A stretch of DNA of 64,000 nucleotides from Candidatus Thioglobus vulcanius (GCA_910595855.1 CAJVCJ010000021.1:13534-77533), one strand, 5' to 3'; numbered from the stretch's first letter, positions 1-9,569 are shown. Translations and numbers: made by a program. The notes: generated by a model not told the origin, from the letters alone.

Positions 1-1711
1 ACATTCTTGGTACCACTGAGTAAGTGCCATCTTTTTGGATATTACCGTGCGAACGCTCATTAATAAATCGTGATTGCACATCATCTTCATAATCAGGGTT
101 GGCAGCCAATAAATAATAATTTACTTCAGGTCGGCACACGTGACAACCATCTGCATTTTCCCAATCCATCTTGGCAAACACCTCAAATACTGTGTCAAAA
201 TCATTCTTAAAAATGAAATCATGAACTTCTTGCTTAGTGTGTTCAGTACAAGCGCAAATTGGCTTTTTCTTTGGTGATTCTGAATATTCTCCACCTAGGG
301 TTGTGGCAATTAATTGCTCAACCAAACCCGTACAAGAGCCACATGAGCTTGATGCTTTGGTATGAGCCTGCACATCTTCTAAAGTAAAAAGATTTTTCTC
401 ATTAATGGCGCAAACAATGTCGCCCTTGGACACACCATTACAGCCACAAATCTCTGCTGAATCGTCCATGGCAGCAACCATATCAACTGCACCATGGCCA
501 GAATCTCCAACATGCGCCTGACCAAATAATAATCGGTCACGCATATCTGTAATGTTATTTTCATCTTTCATTAATTGAAAATACCACGACCCGTCAATCG
601 TATCGCCGTACAATACTGAGCCAATAATCATGTCATTCTCAATTACAATTTTTTTGTAAACGCCTTTAGCGACATCTTGAAAAACTAAATTTTCACTTTT
701 TTCTGTACCTTTAAAATTACCTGCAGAGAATAAATCAATACCGGTTACCTTCAATTTAGTAGAGGTGACTGAACCTTCATACATACCAATACCGTATTCT
801 GCTAAATGATTGGCGCAAACCTTAGCTTGTTCAAACAATGGCGCGACTAATCCATAACACAAGCCACGATGCTGAATACACTCGCCAACCGCATAAATAC
901 TTGGATCATAGGTTTGCATCGTATCATCTACAACAATACCACGTTCACAATGAATTCCAGATTCTTGTGCCAATGCAAAGTTTGGTCGAATACCCACTGC
1001 CATAACTACCAAATCTGCATTTAAAGAAGTCCCGTCTACAAACTCAATACTCTTTACTCGGCCACTATCATTGGAGTTTAATTTTTGAGTTTGTGCCTCC
1101 AGTTTAAAGGTCATACCTCTCTCTCTAAGAGAGGTTAATAACATTTGTGAAGCAGTAGAATCAAGTTGCATTTCCATAAGGTCTGTAAGTAAATGTACAA
1201 CAGTAACATTCATACCTTGCTTCATTAAACCGTTAGCCGCTTCTAGACCTAACAAACCACCGCCAATCACAATAGCATTTTTGTGATTCTTGGCAGCATC
1301 AATCATTTGATCAACATCAGCAATATCTCTAAAACCAATCACGCCATCTAAATCATGGCCTTCAATTGGTAGGATAAATGGATTAGATCCGGTTGCAATC
1401 AATAACTTGTCATAATCATAACTATTACCCTTATCATCAACCACAGTTTTACTGCTACGGTTGATACTAGTAATCGTACTATCAGTATGCAGATTAATGT
1501 CGTTGTCTTTATACCAATCTAGATCATTAATCATGATCTCATCGATAGTTTTTTCATCTGCCAGTACTGGAGATAACATGATACGATTGTAATTGCCATA
1601 TGGCTCACTACCAAATACGGTAATATCAAATTTTTCTTCGGTAATTTTAAAAAGCTCCTCCAGGGTTCTTACACCTGCCATACCATTTCCGATTAATACT
1701 ATCTTTTTCAT
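1..1711 (-). CDS. nirB: NAD(P)H-dependent assimilatory nitrite reductase large subunit (partial; C-terminus lies beyond the left edge)
   Basis: Absent from the ORF track because its stop is outside the window. Reverse-strand reading from ATG 1711-1709 (SD GGAG upstream) gives MKKIVLIGNGMAGVRTLEEL (Rossmann GxGxxG). Further on come LIATGSNP, AVGECIQHRG and the BFD-like Cys motifs CGCNGVSKG and CGSCTG. No minus-strand stop-bounded ORF interrupts 565-1711. Confidence 0.9.
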   Translation of the reverse strand, partial: MKKIVLIGNGMAGVRTLEELFKITEEKFDITVFGSEPYGNYNRIMLSPVLADEKTIDEIMINDLDWYKDNDINLHTDSTITSINRSSKTVVDDKGNSYDYDKLLIATGSNPFILPIEGHDLDGVIGFRDIADVDQMIDAAKNHKNAIVIGGGLLGLEAANGLMKQGMNVTVVHLLTDLMEMQLDSTASQMLLTSLRERGMTFKLEAQTQKLNSNDSGRVKSIEFVDGTSLNADLVVMAVGIRPNFALAQESGIHCERGIVVDDTMQTYDPSIYAVGECIQHRGLCYGLVAPLFEQAKVCANHLAEYGIGMYEGSVTSTKLKVTGIDLFSAGNFKGTEKSENLVFQDVAKGVYKKIVIENDMIIGSVLYGDTIDGSWYFQLMKDENNITDMRDRLLFGQAHVGDSGHGAVDMVAAMDDSAEICGCNGVSKGDIVCAINEKNLFTLEDVQAHTKASSSCGSCTGLVEQLIATTLGGEYSESPKKKPICACTEHTKQEVHDFIFKNDFDTVFEVFAKMDWENADGCHVCRPEVNYYLLAANPDYEDDVQSRFINERSHGNIQKDGTYSVVPRM

Positions 1712-1719
1712 AACTTCTC

Positions 1720-3420
1720 CTAACGCACTAATAACAATAACAAGAAGATATTAATTGCAAAAGATAGTGCGATTAATATCTTATATTTCTTCAACACAAG
1801 TCCTGAATCCTTAATGACTGATGCTGTTTTTAAAAAAGTTGAATTTGGGTGTTCCAAATCAAACAAAAATTCACTTAAAACTTCATAACGACTTTTGTAA
1901 TCTAGATTACAAGCCTTATGAACTGCACCATCTATCCAGATGGGTACATGAGGGTCATGTTTTAAAATTGATTCATAAGTCAACTGTGACAATTTCTTTG
2001 TGGTTAAACTTTTGTCTAGCTTATTCTGATACGGCAACTTACCCGCAAACATTTCATAAACAATCGCACCTAGGCTAAACTGATCGGACGCTTGCGCAAC
2101 CTTCTCACTTATAATCACTTCTGGTGCCGTATAACCTTGGGTACCTTGATTACCAACCGCTGCCACTGAACTGACTAACTCTGCAACGCCTGCAATTCTT
2201 GCCGAACCAAAATCTATTAATTTTACCTGTCCAATCTTATTAATCATAATATTTTCAGGTTTTAAGTCACAATGCAACATCTCTTGACGATGAAAAGCTC
2301 TAAGCCCTTGGATTATTTGCTTTACTAAACCAATAACCACTTTAATATCAGGCTGCGGATTATCTTGCATCCATTGTCTGAGTGTTTGGCCTTTGACATA
2401 CTCCATTGCATAGGCCAAAAATTTACTTTCATCACTACTGCTGTGAATTTTAACCACATTGGCACATTGAATTCTTTGTCCAACCCATTCTTCATACATA
2501 AAATGTTTTAAATATTGAGCATCATCTTCAAAATTAACTGAGGGTGTTTTCAATATTACCATTTCATTCGTTTGACTATCTTTAGCAAGATAGACTTGGG
2601 TTCTATTACTTGCATGTATTAAAGATTCAACTTCAAAGCCATTAATCTTCATGCCTTTCTCTAAATCTGGCGGAATCGGTCTTTTGGTTAACTTATCAAA
2701 TGTCTCACTTAAATTCTCATCTGGCAATTGATCTACTTTACAAATAATGGCTGAAATATTATCCTGAGAATCTGCTGCTAATGCTTTCTCTGACAGTTCA
2801 TCAGCAGAAACTCCATCACCAAGCAGTGAGCAAAGTGTTTTGTCAGTTAGATAATCATGCACACCATCAGTTGTCATTAAAAACACATCGTCTAATTTAA
2901 CTTTAGTCGTGTAATAATCGACATGAACCTTGAGATCAAAGCCCATAGCCCTGGCTAAATAGGTTTTTTCTTTGGCAAGATGTAACACGTGATCTTGTGT
3001 TAATTGCTCCAACTTGCCATCTCTATATCGATAAATACGGCTATCACCCACATGAAATATATGTGCCGTGTTAGATTTAACAATCAATACACTCATCGTC
3101 GAAAGCATAGAAGAATGTTCTTGCTCTCTGATCGACTGTGAATGCAGCCAATTATTCAAAGCTGAGATAACCTTACTAGCTGAATGCTCTGTACTCCACG
3201 AATCTGGCGTAGAATAATAATCACTCAAGAAGCTCTGCACACAACATGCGCTGGCATCCTTAGCTTTTTCTGAGGCACTGACACCATCTGCTATAACCGC
3301 TACTATGCCTTTATTATCCAACACCGGAGAGCTTGGAATGTAAAAACCGCAAGCATCTTGATTCTCAGGCTTAATTCCTGCCTGAGTATTGGATTGAAAA
3401 CTAAGTTTGAGTTTTTCCAT
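1720..3420 (-). CDS. Fusion protein: PP2C-type Ser/Thr phosphatase + Hanks-type Ser/Thr kinase + C-terminal membrane anchor
   Basis: 566 aa. PP2C motifs: ENQDAC, ADGVSAS, HVGDSR, TTDGVHD, QDNISAI. Kinase motifs: VILK, HCDLKPEN, DFG, GYTAPE, SDQFSLG. The last ~20 aa are hydrophobic (ILIALSFAINIFLLLLLV). The TAG stop overlaps the nirB SD. Confidence 0.85.
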   Translation of the reverse strand: MEKLKLSFQSNTQAGIKPENQDACGFYIPSSPVLDNKGIVAVIADGVSASEKAKDASACCVQSFLSDYYSTPDSWSTEHSASKVISALNNWLHSQSIREQEHSSMLSTMSVLIVKSNTAHIFHVGDSRIYRYRDGKLEQLTQDHVLHLAKEKTYLARAMGFDLKVHVDYYTTKVKLDDVFLMTTDGVHDYLTDKTLCSLLGDGVSADELSEKALAADSQDNISAIICKVDQLPDENLSETFDKLTKRPIPPDLEKGMKINGFEVESLIHASNRTQVYLAKDSQTNEMVILKTPSVNFEDDAQYLKHFMYEEWVGQRIQCANVVKIHSSSDESKFLAYAMEYVKGQTLRQWMQDNPQPDIKVVIGLVKQIIQGLRAFHRQEMLHCDLKPENIMINKIGQVKLIDFGSARIAGVAELVSSVAAVGNQGTQGYTAPEVIISEKVAQASDQFSLGAIVYEMFAGKLPYQNKLDKSLTTKKLSQLTYESILKHDPHVPIWIDGAVHKACNLDYKSRYEVLSEFLFDLEHPNSTFLKTASVIKDSGLVLKKYKILIALSFAINIFLLLLLVR

Positions 3421-3423
3421 TGA

Positions 3424-3448
3424 TTAATTTAATTTAATTTAATTTAAT
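3424..3448. repeat. Perfect pentanucleotide microsatellite (TTAAT)x5 across the narK stop codon and the spacer to the kinase-fusion start
   Basis: Read directly: tgaTTAATTTAATTTAATTTAATTTAATga. On the coding strand ATT AAA TTA AAT TAA appears twice (IKLN-stop, IKLN-stop). Confidence 0.95.
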
Positions 3449-4903
3449 GATCTGAATTGTGCCATCATCCAACACCTCTGTCATTTGATTCTTTGGCTCA
3501 TCCAAAAACAGTGCAATCAGCACTAATACACAAACAGAAACAATACCAATCAACATAAAGAACTGATCATATTCTACTAATGAGTTTACCGTTAAAAACA
3601 TTACCGATCCAGCAGCGCCAAAAGCGCCAACCATGCCAGCAATCTGTCCAGTTAAGCGTCTTTGAATCAATGGCACCATAGCAAATACTGCGCCCGATCC
3701 TGCTTGAGAAAAAATACCACCTAAAATTGTTAAACCCACGACCCAGCTAATAGACCAAGTGTCTTTATCAACATTACCAAGTATTAGGAAACTAATTGCA
3801 ATCCCGGTAAAAGCAATCATCAAAGTTAGCTTACGGCCAATCTTATCACTGATCCAGCCACCACCAGGTCGAGCAAATAAGTTAATAAACGGGTATGCAC
3901 CAGCCAAAAGCGCTGCAGTAATCTTAGGTAGCTCAAACCAATCAACATAAAACATAGCTAGAATTGATACCACTGCCAATTCGGTGCCAAAAGTTGCCAT
4001 ATAAGCCCAATCAAGAATGGCTACTTGCTTAAAGTGGTAACGACTTTGCTCGGGCACTGGTTTTTTGATAAATTCGGCATTAACATGCCAAATTTTAACC
4101 AATTGCAACACAAAGACAGCAACTAATATAAAGTACACTAACCAGGTAGTTTCCAATGAAATCATGCCAGCTTTAGCCGGTGATAATTTCCAAGTTAATA
4201 ATGCCAGAGCCAAATAAAGTGGGATATTCATCAGAATGTACAAAATTAAATCACCTCGACTGGTCACTTCCATTGCGCCTGATTTCTTTGGCTTAAAATA
4301 AGTAGATCCTTTAGGTGTGTTACTAACATTGAAATAATAAAACACACCATAGCTCATCGCAATAAGACTGGCAATTGTAATCGCATATCTCCACCCATCA
4401 ACATCTCCAAAACTTGCAGCTAGAAATGGCAAAGTAAACATAGCACCGGCAGAGCCAAAATTACCCCAGCCGCCATAAATACCTTGAGCAGTTCCTGTTT
4501 GTTTAGCTGGGAACCATTCTGAAATCATACGAATACCGACAACAAAACCAGCACCAATAAAACCAGCAAAGAATCTCATTAAAGCCAGCTGTTCATAGTT
4601 TTGCATCCAACTAAAGGCAATTGAGATCAGTCCACCCAAGATCAAAATCGACGAGAACATAATCTTCGGACCAAGTTTATCAACTAGCATTCCTACAACA
4701 ATCCTTGCAGGAATAGTAAGTCCAACATTTAATATTAACAAGACTTTTGCTTGTTGATCAGTAAGCTCTAAAGCTTCTTTGATAAACGGCATCATTGGCC
4801 CTAGACCCAGCCAAACAACAAAGGTCATGAAAAAGGCAAACCACGTTAAATGCAATATACGGTATTTACCTGTAAATGATAATATGTTTAACTTGTCTTC
4901 CAT
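3434..4903 (-). CDS. narK: Nitrate/nitrite transporter, MFS NNP (NarK/NasA) family, downstream paralog
   Basis: 489 aa polytopic membrane protein. NNP-type Gly-rich signatures GGWGNFGSAG and GMVGAFGAAG. ARPGGGWISDKIGRK loop. Lies in an operon with nirB. Confidence 0.85.
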   Translation of the reverse strand: MEDKLNILSFTGKYRILHLTWFAFFMTFVVWLGLGPMMPFIKEALELTDQQAKVLLILNVGLTIPARIVVGMLVDKLGPKIMFSSILILGGLISIAFSWMQNYEQLALMRFFAGFIGAGFVVGIRMISEWFPAKQTGTAQGIYGGWGNFGSAGAMFTLPFLAASFGDVDGWRYAITIASLIAMSYGVFYYFNVSNTPKGSTYFKPKKSGAMEVTSRGDLILYILMNIPLYLALALLTWKLSPAKAGMISLETTWLVYFILVAVFVLQLVKIWHVNAEFIKKPVPEQSRYHFKQVAILDWAYMATFGTELAVVSILAMFYVDWFELPKITAALLAGAYPFINLFARPGGGWISDKIGRKLTLMIAFTGIAISFLILGNVDKDTWSISWVVGLTILGGIFSQAGSGAVFAMVPLIQRRLTGQIAGMVGAFGAAGSVMFLTVNSLVEYDQFFMLIGIVSVCVLVLIALFLDEPKNQMTEVLDDGTIQIIKLN

Positions 4904-4925
4904 AACACTCCAAAAAAAATAAAAA

Positions 4926-6395
4926 TTAATTCAACTTAATAATTTCAACCGTGCCGTCATCTAGCACCTCTGTCATATGACCCTTAGGTTCATCTAAGAA
5001 TAGAACAATTAATGCCAATACAACAACTGACACAATACCAATAATCATAAAGAACTCATCGTACTCTACAAAGGTATTGACGGTTAAAAACATCACCGCG
5101 CCAACATTACCAAATGCGCCGACCATGCCAGCAATTTGCCCAGTCAATCGCCTCTGAATCAAAGGCACCATGGCAAAAATTGCACCTGAGCCAGCCTTAG
5201 AGAAAATACCACCTAAAATTGTCAATCCAACCACCCAAGTGATAGACCAAGTGTCTTTATCAACATTACCTAGCAATAAAAAACTAACTGCGATGCCAGA
5301 AAAAGTAATCATCAAGGTTAGCTTACGGCCAATCTTATCACTGATCCAGCCACCACCAGGTCGGGCAAATAAATTAATAAACGGATATACACCTGCTAAG
5401 AGTGCAGCCGTAATTTTAGGCAATTCAAACCAATCCACATAAAACATAGCCAACACAGAAACTACCGCTAGCTCTGTACCAAAAGTAACCAAATAAGCCC
5501 AGTCTAAGATAGCCACTTGCTTAAATTTATAACGGTGTTGTTCAGGTACAGGATTTTTAATAATTTCCGCATTCACATGCCAAATCTTGGCTAACTGCAT
5601 ACCGAACAATACTACTAGCGTAGTATATATTGCCCATGAAGTTTCTAATGAAATCAGCCCCATTTTAGTCGGAGAAAGTTTCCAGGTTAGTAATGCTAAG
5701 GCCAGATACAATGGAATATTCATGACAATATAAAGCACTAAATCGCCCATGGTGGAAACCTCCATAGCACCTGATTTTTTTGGTTTGAAGTAAGTAGAGC
5801 CCTTAGGTGTATTAGAGACACTGAAATAATAAATCACACCATAAACAATCGCCAATATACTAGCCATAGTAATAGCAATTCTCCAGCCATCATCGCCACC
5901 AAAACCTACCGCAATAAAAGGTAAAGTTGCCGCCGCACCGGCAGATCCAAAGTTACCCCAGCCGCCATAAATACCTTGAGCAGTTCCTGTTTGTTTAGCT
6001 GGGAACCATTCTGAAATCATACGAATACCGACAACAAAACCTGCACCAATAAAGCCTGCCAAGAAACGCATCATCGCTAATTGATCGTAAGTTTGCATCC
6101 AACTAAAAGCGATTGAAATCAGCCCGCCCAATATCAAAATCGAGGAAAACATAATCTTCGGGCCGAGTTTATCAACCAACATTCCAACAATAATTCTCGA
6201 GGGAATGGTCATTGCCACATTAAGAATAAGTAGAACCTTTGCCTGCTGCTCTGTGAGAGCTAACGCCTCTTGGATAAACGGCATCATTGGACCTAGACCT
6301 AGCCAAACCACAAAGGTCATGAAAAAGGCAAACCACGTCATGTGTAGGACACGGTACTTGCCTTTAAATGAAAATATATTTAACTTATCTTCCAT
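4926..6395 (-). CDS. narK: Nitrate/nitrite transporter, MFS NNP family, upstream paralog
   Basis: The track ORF extends to 6473. The ATG at 6395 (MEDKLNIFSF) aligns residue-for-residue with the paralog start and has GGAG 8 nt upstream. This gives 489 aa, collinear with the paralog. Confidence 0.85.
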   Translation of the reverse strand: MEDKLNIFSFKGKYRVLHMTWFAFFMTFVVWLGLGPMMPFIQEALALTEQQAKVLLILNVAMTIPSRIIVGMLVDKLGPKIMFSSILILGGLISIAFSWMQTYDQLAMMRFLAGFIGAGFVVGIRMISEWFPAKQTGTAQGIYGGWGNFGSAGAAATLPFIAVGFGGDDGWRIAITMASILAIVYGVIYYFSVSNTPKGSTYFKPKKSGAMEVSTMGDLVLYIVMNIPLYLALALLTWKLSPTKMGLISLETSWAIYTTLVVLFGMQLAKIWHVNAEIIKNPVPEQHRYKFKQVAILDWAYLVTFGTELAVVSVLAMFYVDWFELPKITAALLAGVYPFINLFARPGGGWISDKIGRKLTLMITFSGIAVSFLLLGNVDKDTWSITWVVGLTILGGIFSKAGSGAIFAMVPLIQRRLTGQIAGMVGAFGNVGAVMFLTVNTFVEYDEFFMIIGIVSVVVLALIVLFLDEPKGHMTEVLDDGTVEIIKLN

Positions 6396-6410
6396 GAAAT
6401 ACTCCAAAAT

Positions 6411-6441
6411 TATAAAAAGTTTGTAAAAGTTTATAAAAGTT
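6411..6441 (-). repeat. Three tandem 10-11 bp repeats (T[A/G]TAAAAGTT) immediately upstream of the narK SD
   Basis: Plus strand: tataaaaagtt / tgtaaaagtt / tataaaagtt. Coding strand: AACTTTTATA AACTTTTACA AACTTTTTATA, followed by ATTTTGGAGTATTTCATG. Confidence 0.8.
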
Positions 6442-6709
6442 ACAACATTAGTAACAATTCTCAAAAACTTCAATGTATAAATTTGGCTTCAATGCCAATA
6501 TCCGCAGAAAATAATTTACTACAGACGAAAAAAAACGCTTACCTAGCTTTTAATCTATAAAAAACCAGTGTAAACGTCAATGTTTATTTACTATCCATCG
6601 TTGGATAATGTGCGAGTATTATATCAAAAATTCTTACTTTATATTATTAATTTATAATATTTAGTGTAAATATTGATAAAAAAACACTACAAAAAGTTAA
6701 AATAAACCC

Positions 6710-7159
6710 ATGGATAAAATAATCATTCAACCACAGGACTTTGATTTAACCACTGAGGCCAGCCTTACCAAGGGCAGTGACAGCAATATTGGCGCTGTGG
6801 TCAGTTTTGTGGGTACGGTACGTGATTTAGACAATGAATCCATCACCAAGATGACGCTTGAACACTATCCGCAGATGACTGAAAAGGCCCTTACATCAAT
6901 CGCCAATCAAGCACATAAGCGCTGGCAGTTAGGCAATATCACTATTATTCATCGTATCGGCGATCTTTCAGTCAATGATCAAATTGTATTGGTAATTACC
7001 ACTAGTAAACACAGGAAATCAGCCTTTGAATCTTGTGAATTCATTATGGATTATCTAAAAACTCAGGCGCCTTTTTGGAAAAAAGAGCATACTCAAAGCT
7101 CTAGTAAATGGGTTGAATCTAAAATAACAGACGAAGATAAAAGTGACAGTTGGGATTAA
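6710..7159 (+). CDS. moaE: Molybdopterin synthase catalytic subunit
   Basis: 149 aa. VSFVGTVRD, LEHYPQM, IIHRIGDL and APFWKKE are typical of MoaE. Confidence 0.9.
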   Translation: MDKIIIQPQDFDLTTEASLTKGSDSNIGAVVSFVGTVRDLDNESITKMTLEHYPQMTEKALTSIANQAHKRWQLGNITIIHRIGDLSVNDQIVLVITTSKHRKSAFESCEFIMDYLKTQAPFWKKEHTQSSSKWVESKITDEDKSDSWD

Positions 7160-7731
7160 ATCTTATCGAAATCCTGCGGATTGTTCAAATTAATAAAAAC
7201 TTTAGGCTGATCTGAGAAATTCACCTTTTGAAAATTATTCTGCTCAATCCACAAGCCCAATTTACGCTCACCAGAGTCCAAAAAGACTAATAAATTATCT
7301 TTTAAGTTGGTTTTTATTAATGCGAAGGTTGGGTGGATGTGTGAACCATCATCAGCCACACATATGTTCACATTCTTATCTACCATACACTGAATTAATC
7401 GATTAATCACCACTTCATTAACCAATGGACTATCACAAGGTAGGATTAATAAATACGGCGTACTGACCACTGACATCGCCTTAGCAATGCCGGCTAATGG
7501 CCCTTGAAAATCGGTCAATTCATCAACAATCACTTCGCCATATAGTTGATACTCCTCAATATTTCGATTAGCACTAATCAATAATCGACCAACCTTACCA
7601 TCAACCACATCAGCCACGTAACTAATCAGCGGCTTATCATTTAGCAATATCAGACCTTTATCATCACCTTTCATTCGGCTTGAGCGTCCTCCAGAGAGGA
7701 TAACAGCAGTAATTTTGTTTTTATCAATCAT
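7156..7731 (-). CDS. mobA: Molybdenum cofactor guanylyltransferase
   Basis: 191 aa. N-terminal ITAVILSGGRSSRMKGDDKGL nucleotidyltransferase motif. Convergent with moaE, overlapping it by 4 nt. Confidence 0.85.
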   Translation of the reverse strand: MIDKNKITAVILSGGRSSRMKGDDKGLILLNDKPLISYVADVVDGKVGRLLISANRNIEEYQLYGEVIVDELTDFQGPLAGIAKAMSVVSTPYLLILPCDSPLVNEVVINRLIQCMVDKNVNICVADDGSHIHPTFALIKTNLKDNLLVFLDSGERKLGLWIEQNNFQKVNFSDQPKVFINLNNPQDFDKI

Positions 7732-7827
7732 TTTGTTAGGTCTATTGTTGCTTATCAGTTATAACGATATTAGATTATATTAGCATTCTATGATACAATC
7801 AATCCATCAGTTTGAGTTATATTTATT

Positions 7828-9093
7828 ATGAAAAATCAAGAAGTTGATTGCGGTTGCGATCAAGCACAACAGCCTTTATTGGCAATGGATGAAGCCCTAG
7901 ATTTTCTGCTTAATGCAGTAGTGATCAACACCAATACACATCTTGTATCGCTTGATAATTCACTTTATCAGGTACTGGCACAAGATGTATGTTCAACCAT
8001 TAATGTACCTGATTTTGATAATTCTGCGATGGATGGTTACGCCATCAACCTTAAAGAAAGCCAAGTTAATACTCCAGGCGGGGTTAATTTTAAAGTTACT
8101 GATCGAATCCCCGCAGGTAGCATAGGTAACACACTCCCCCCTGGGTGTGCTGCTCGCATATTTACTGGTGCACCAATCCCACAAGGTGCAAATACGGTGA
8201 TCATGCAAGAAGAGTGTGAAGTATCTGAAGATGACAATAGTATCGAAACTTGGCGCCCTCTATCACTGAGTGAAAACATTCGTCCGATGGGTAACGACAT
8301 TCAAACCAATGATGTAATTTTACGAGCTGGAATGCAACTGAAACCGCAAGATGTCGCTCTGGCAGCCTCTGTTGGTGTGGCTGAACTGGAAGTCTTTAAA
8401 AAACTTAAGGTTGGTGTATTTTTTACTGGAAATGAATTGGTTGAGCCTGGCAATGCTTTAAATATGGGTGAAATCTACAACTCTAATCGTTATGCACTGG
8501 TTGCCCTACTCAAACAACTAAATTGTGAAGTAATCAATCTAGGCAATATCAAAGATAACCTAGATTCAACTTGTAAGGCTTTAGAAACTTTGGCATCCGA
8601 TTGCGACTTAATTATGACTACTGGCGGCGTTTCTGTTGGCGAAGAGGATCATGTTAAGCCTGCAGTAGAAGAGCTTGGTAAGTTATCTTTATGGCGCATT
8701 AAAATGAAACCAGGTAAGCCATTGGCTTTTGGCAATGTTGGTAAAGCTGCCTTTATCGGCTTGCCCGGTAACCCGGTGTCAGCTATGGTGACGTTCTTTT
8801 TGTTTGCACGACCTTTTATTAAAAAAATGCAAGGTGTTAGTCAATATAAAAATCAAACTACTCAAGTGCAGACCAACTTTGATTGGCGCAGGCCAAGGCC
8901 ACGACGTGAGTTTGTAAGAGTAAAATTAGACCATTCCACTGTCCCAGCTTCAGCCAACCTCTATCCTAAACAGGGTTCAGATGTATTAAGTTCTGTGGTT
9001 TGGGCTGATGGTTTAATAGAAATACCTGAAAATAGCACATTCACTCAAGGAGAGGTGCTAAATTATTATTCATTAACTGAGTTAACCCTATGA
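7828..9093 (+). CDS. moeA: Molybdopterin molybdenumtransferase
   Basis: 421 aa. [25 protein letters not shown] and MKPGKP motifs. Confidence 0.9.
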   Translation: MKNQEVDCGCDQAQQPLLAMDEALDFLLNAVVINTNTHLVSLDNSLYQVLAQDVCSTINVPDFDNSAMDGYAINLKESQVNTPGGVNFKVTDRIPAGSIGNTLPPGCAARIFTGAPIPQGANTVIMQEECEVSEDDNSIETWRPLSLSENIRPMGNDIQTNDVILRAGMQLKPQDVALAASVGVAELEVFKKLKVGVFFTGNELVEPGNALNMGEIYNSNRYALVALLKQLNCEVINLGNIKDNLDSTCKALETLASDCDLIMTTGGVSVGEEDHVKPAVEELGKLSLWRIKMKPGKPLAFGNVGKAAFIGLPGNPVSAMVTFFLFARPFIKKMQGVSQYKNQTTQVQTNFDWRRPRPRREFVRVKLDHSTVPASANLYPKQGSDVLSSVVWADGLIEIPENSTFTQGEVLNYYSLTELTL

Positions 9094-9569
9094 GCAAACT
9101 AACCCATATTAACGATAAAGGTGATGCGCAAATGGTCGATGTGTCTGACAAGGCTATTACCACCCGTATTGCTGTAGCAAAATCAGTGGTACTCATGCAG
9201 CCATCGACCTTAGAGCTGATTACTTCGGGTCAACACAAAAAAGGTGATGTTTTGGCTGTGGCACGTATCGCTGGCATTCAAGCAGCTAAAAAGTGTGCCG
9301 ACCTTATTCCATTGTGCCACCCTCTAATGCTAACCAAGGTTAGTGTGGAATTAACTGCTAACACTAAGGATTCAAGTATTGAGATTATTGCCACCACTAA
9401 ACTCGCAGGTAAGACCGGAGTAGAAATGGAGGCGCTTACTGCAGCTAGCGTGGCAGCGCTCACTGTATACGACATGTGTAAGGCAGTTGATCGCGGTATG
9501 GTGATTAGCCAAACCCAAGTACTTGAAAAATCAGGTGGAAAGTCTGGAGATTGGAAAGTGCAGGCATGA
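9090..9569 (+). CDS. moaC: Cyclic pyranopterin monophosphate synthase accessory protein
   Basis: 159 aa. [40 protein letters not shown] and [10 protein letters not shown]. Confidence 0.9.
   Translation: MSKLTHINDKGDAQMVDVSDKAITTRIAVAKSVVLMQPSTLELITSGQHKKGDVLAVARIAGIQAAKKCADLIPLCHPLMLTKVSVELTANTKDSSIEIIATTKLAGKTGVEMEALTAASVAALTVYDMCKAVDRGMVISQTQVLEKSGGKSGDWKVQA

Noticed and set aside
379-564. 61-aa minus-strand ORF inside the nirB region, plus similar short ORFs at 1821-2078, 3759-3950, 5170-5442, 6205-6426, 7943-8300 and 9278-9574
   Set aside because: They are alternative-frame or antisense shadow ORFs fully contained in strongly supported genes. They have no motifs or SD.
6396-6473. N-terminal 26-codon extension of the upstream narK ORF (track start 6473, MKFLRIVTNVV...)
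   Set aside because: The paralog has no such extension. ATG 6395 has a GGAG SD and aligns exactly with the paralog start. The extension is AT-rich repeat sequence.
6474-6709. Looked for a Moco riboswitch upstream of moaE, and at 7732-7827 upstream of moeA
   Set aside because: Both regions are very AT-rich. They lack the GC-rich multi-stem architecture and conserved motifs of the Moco RNA motif as I recall it.
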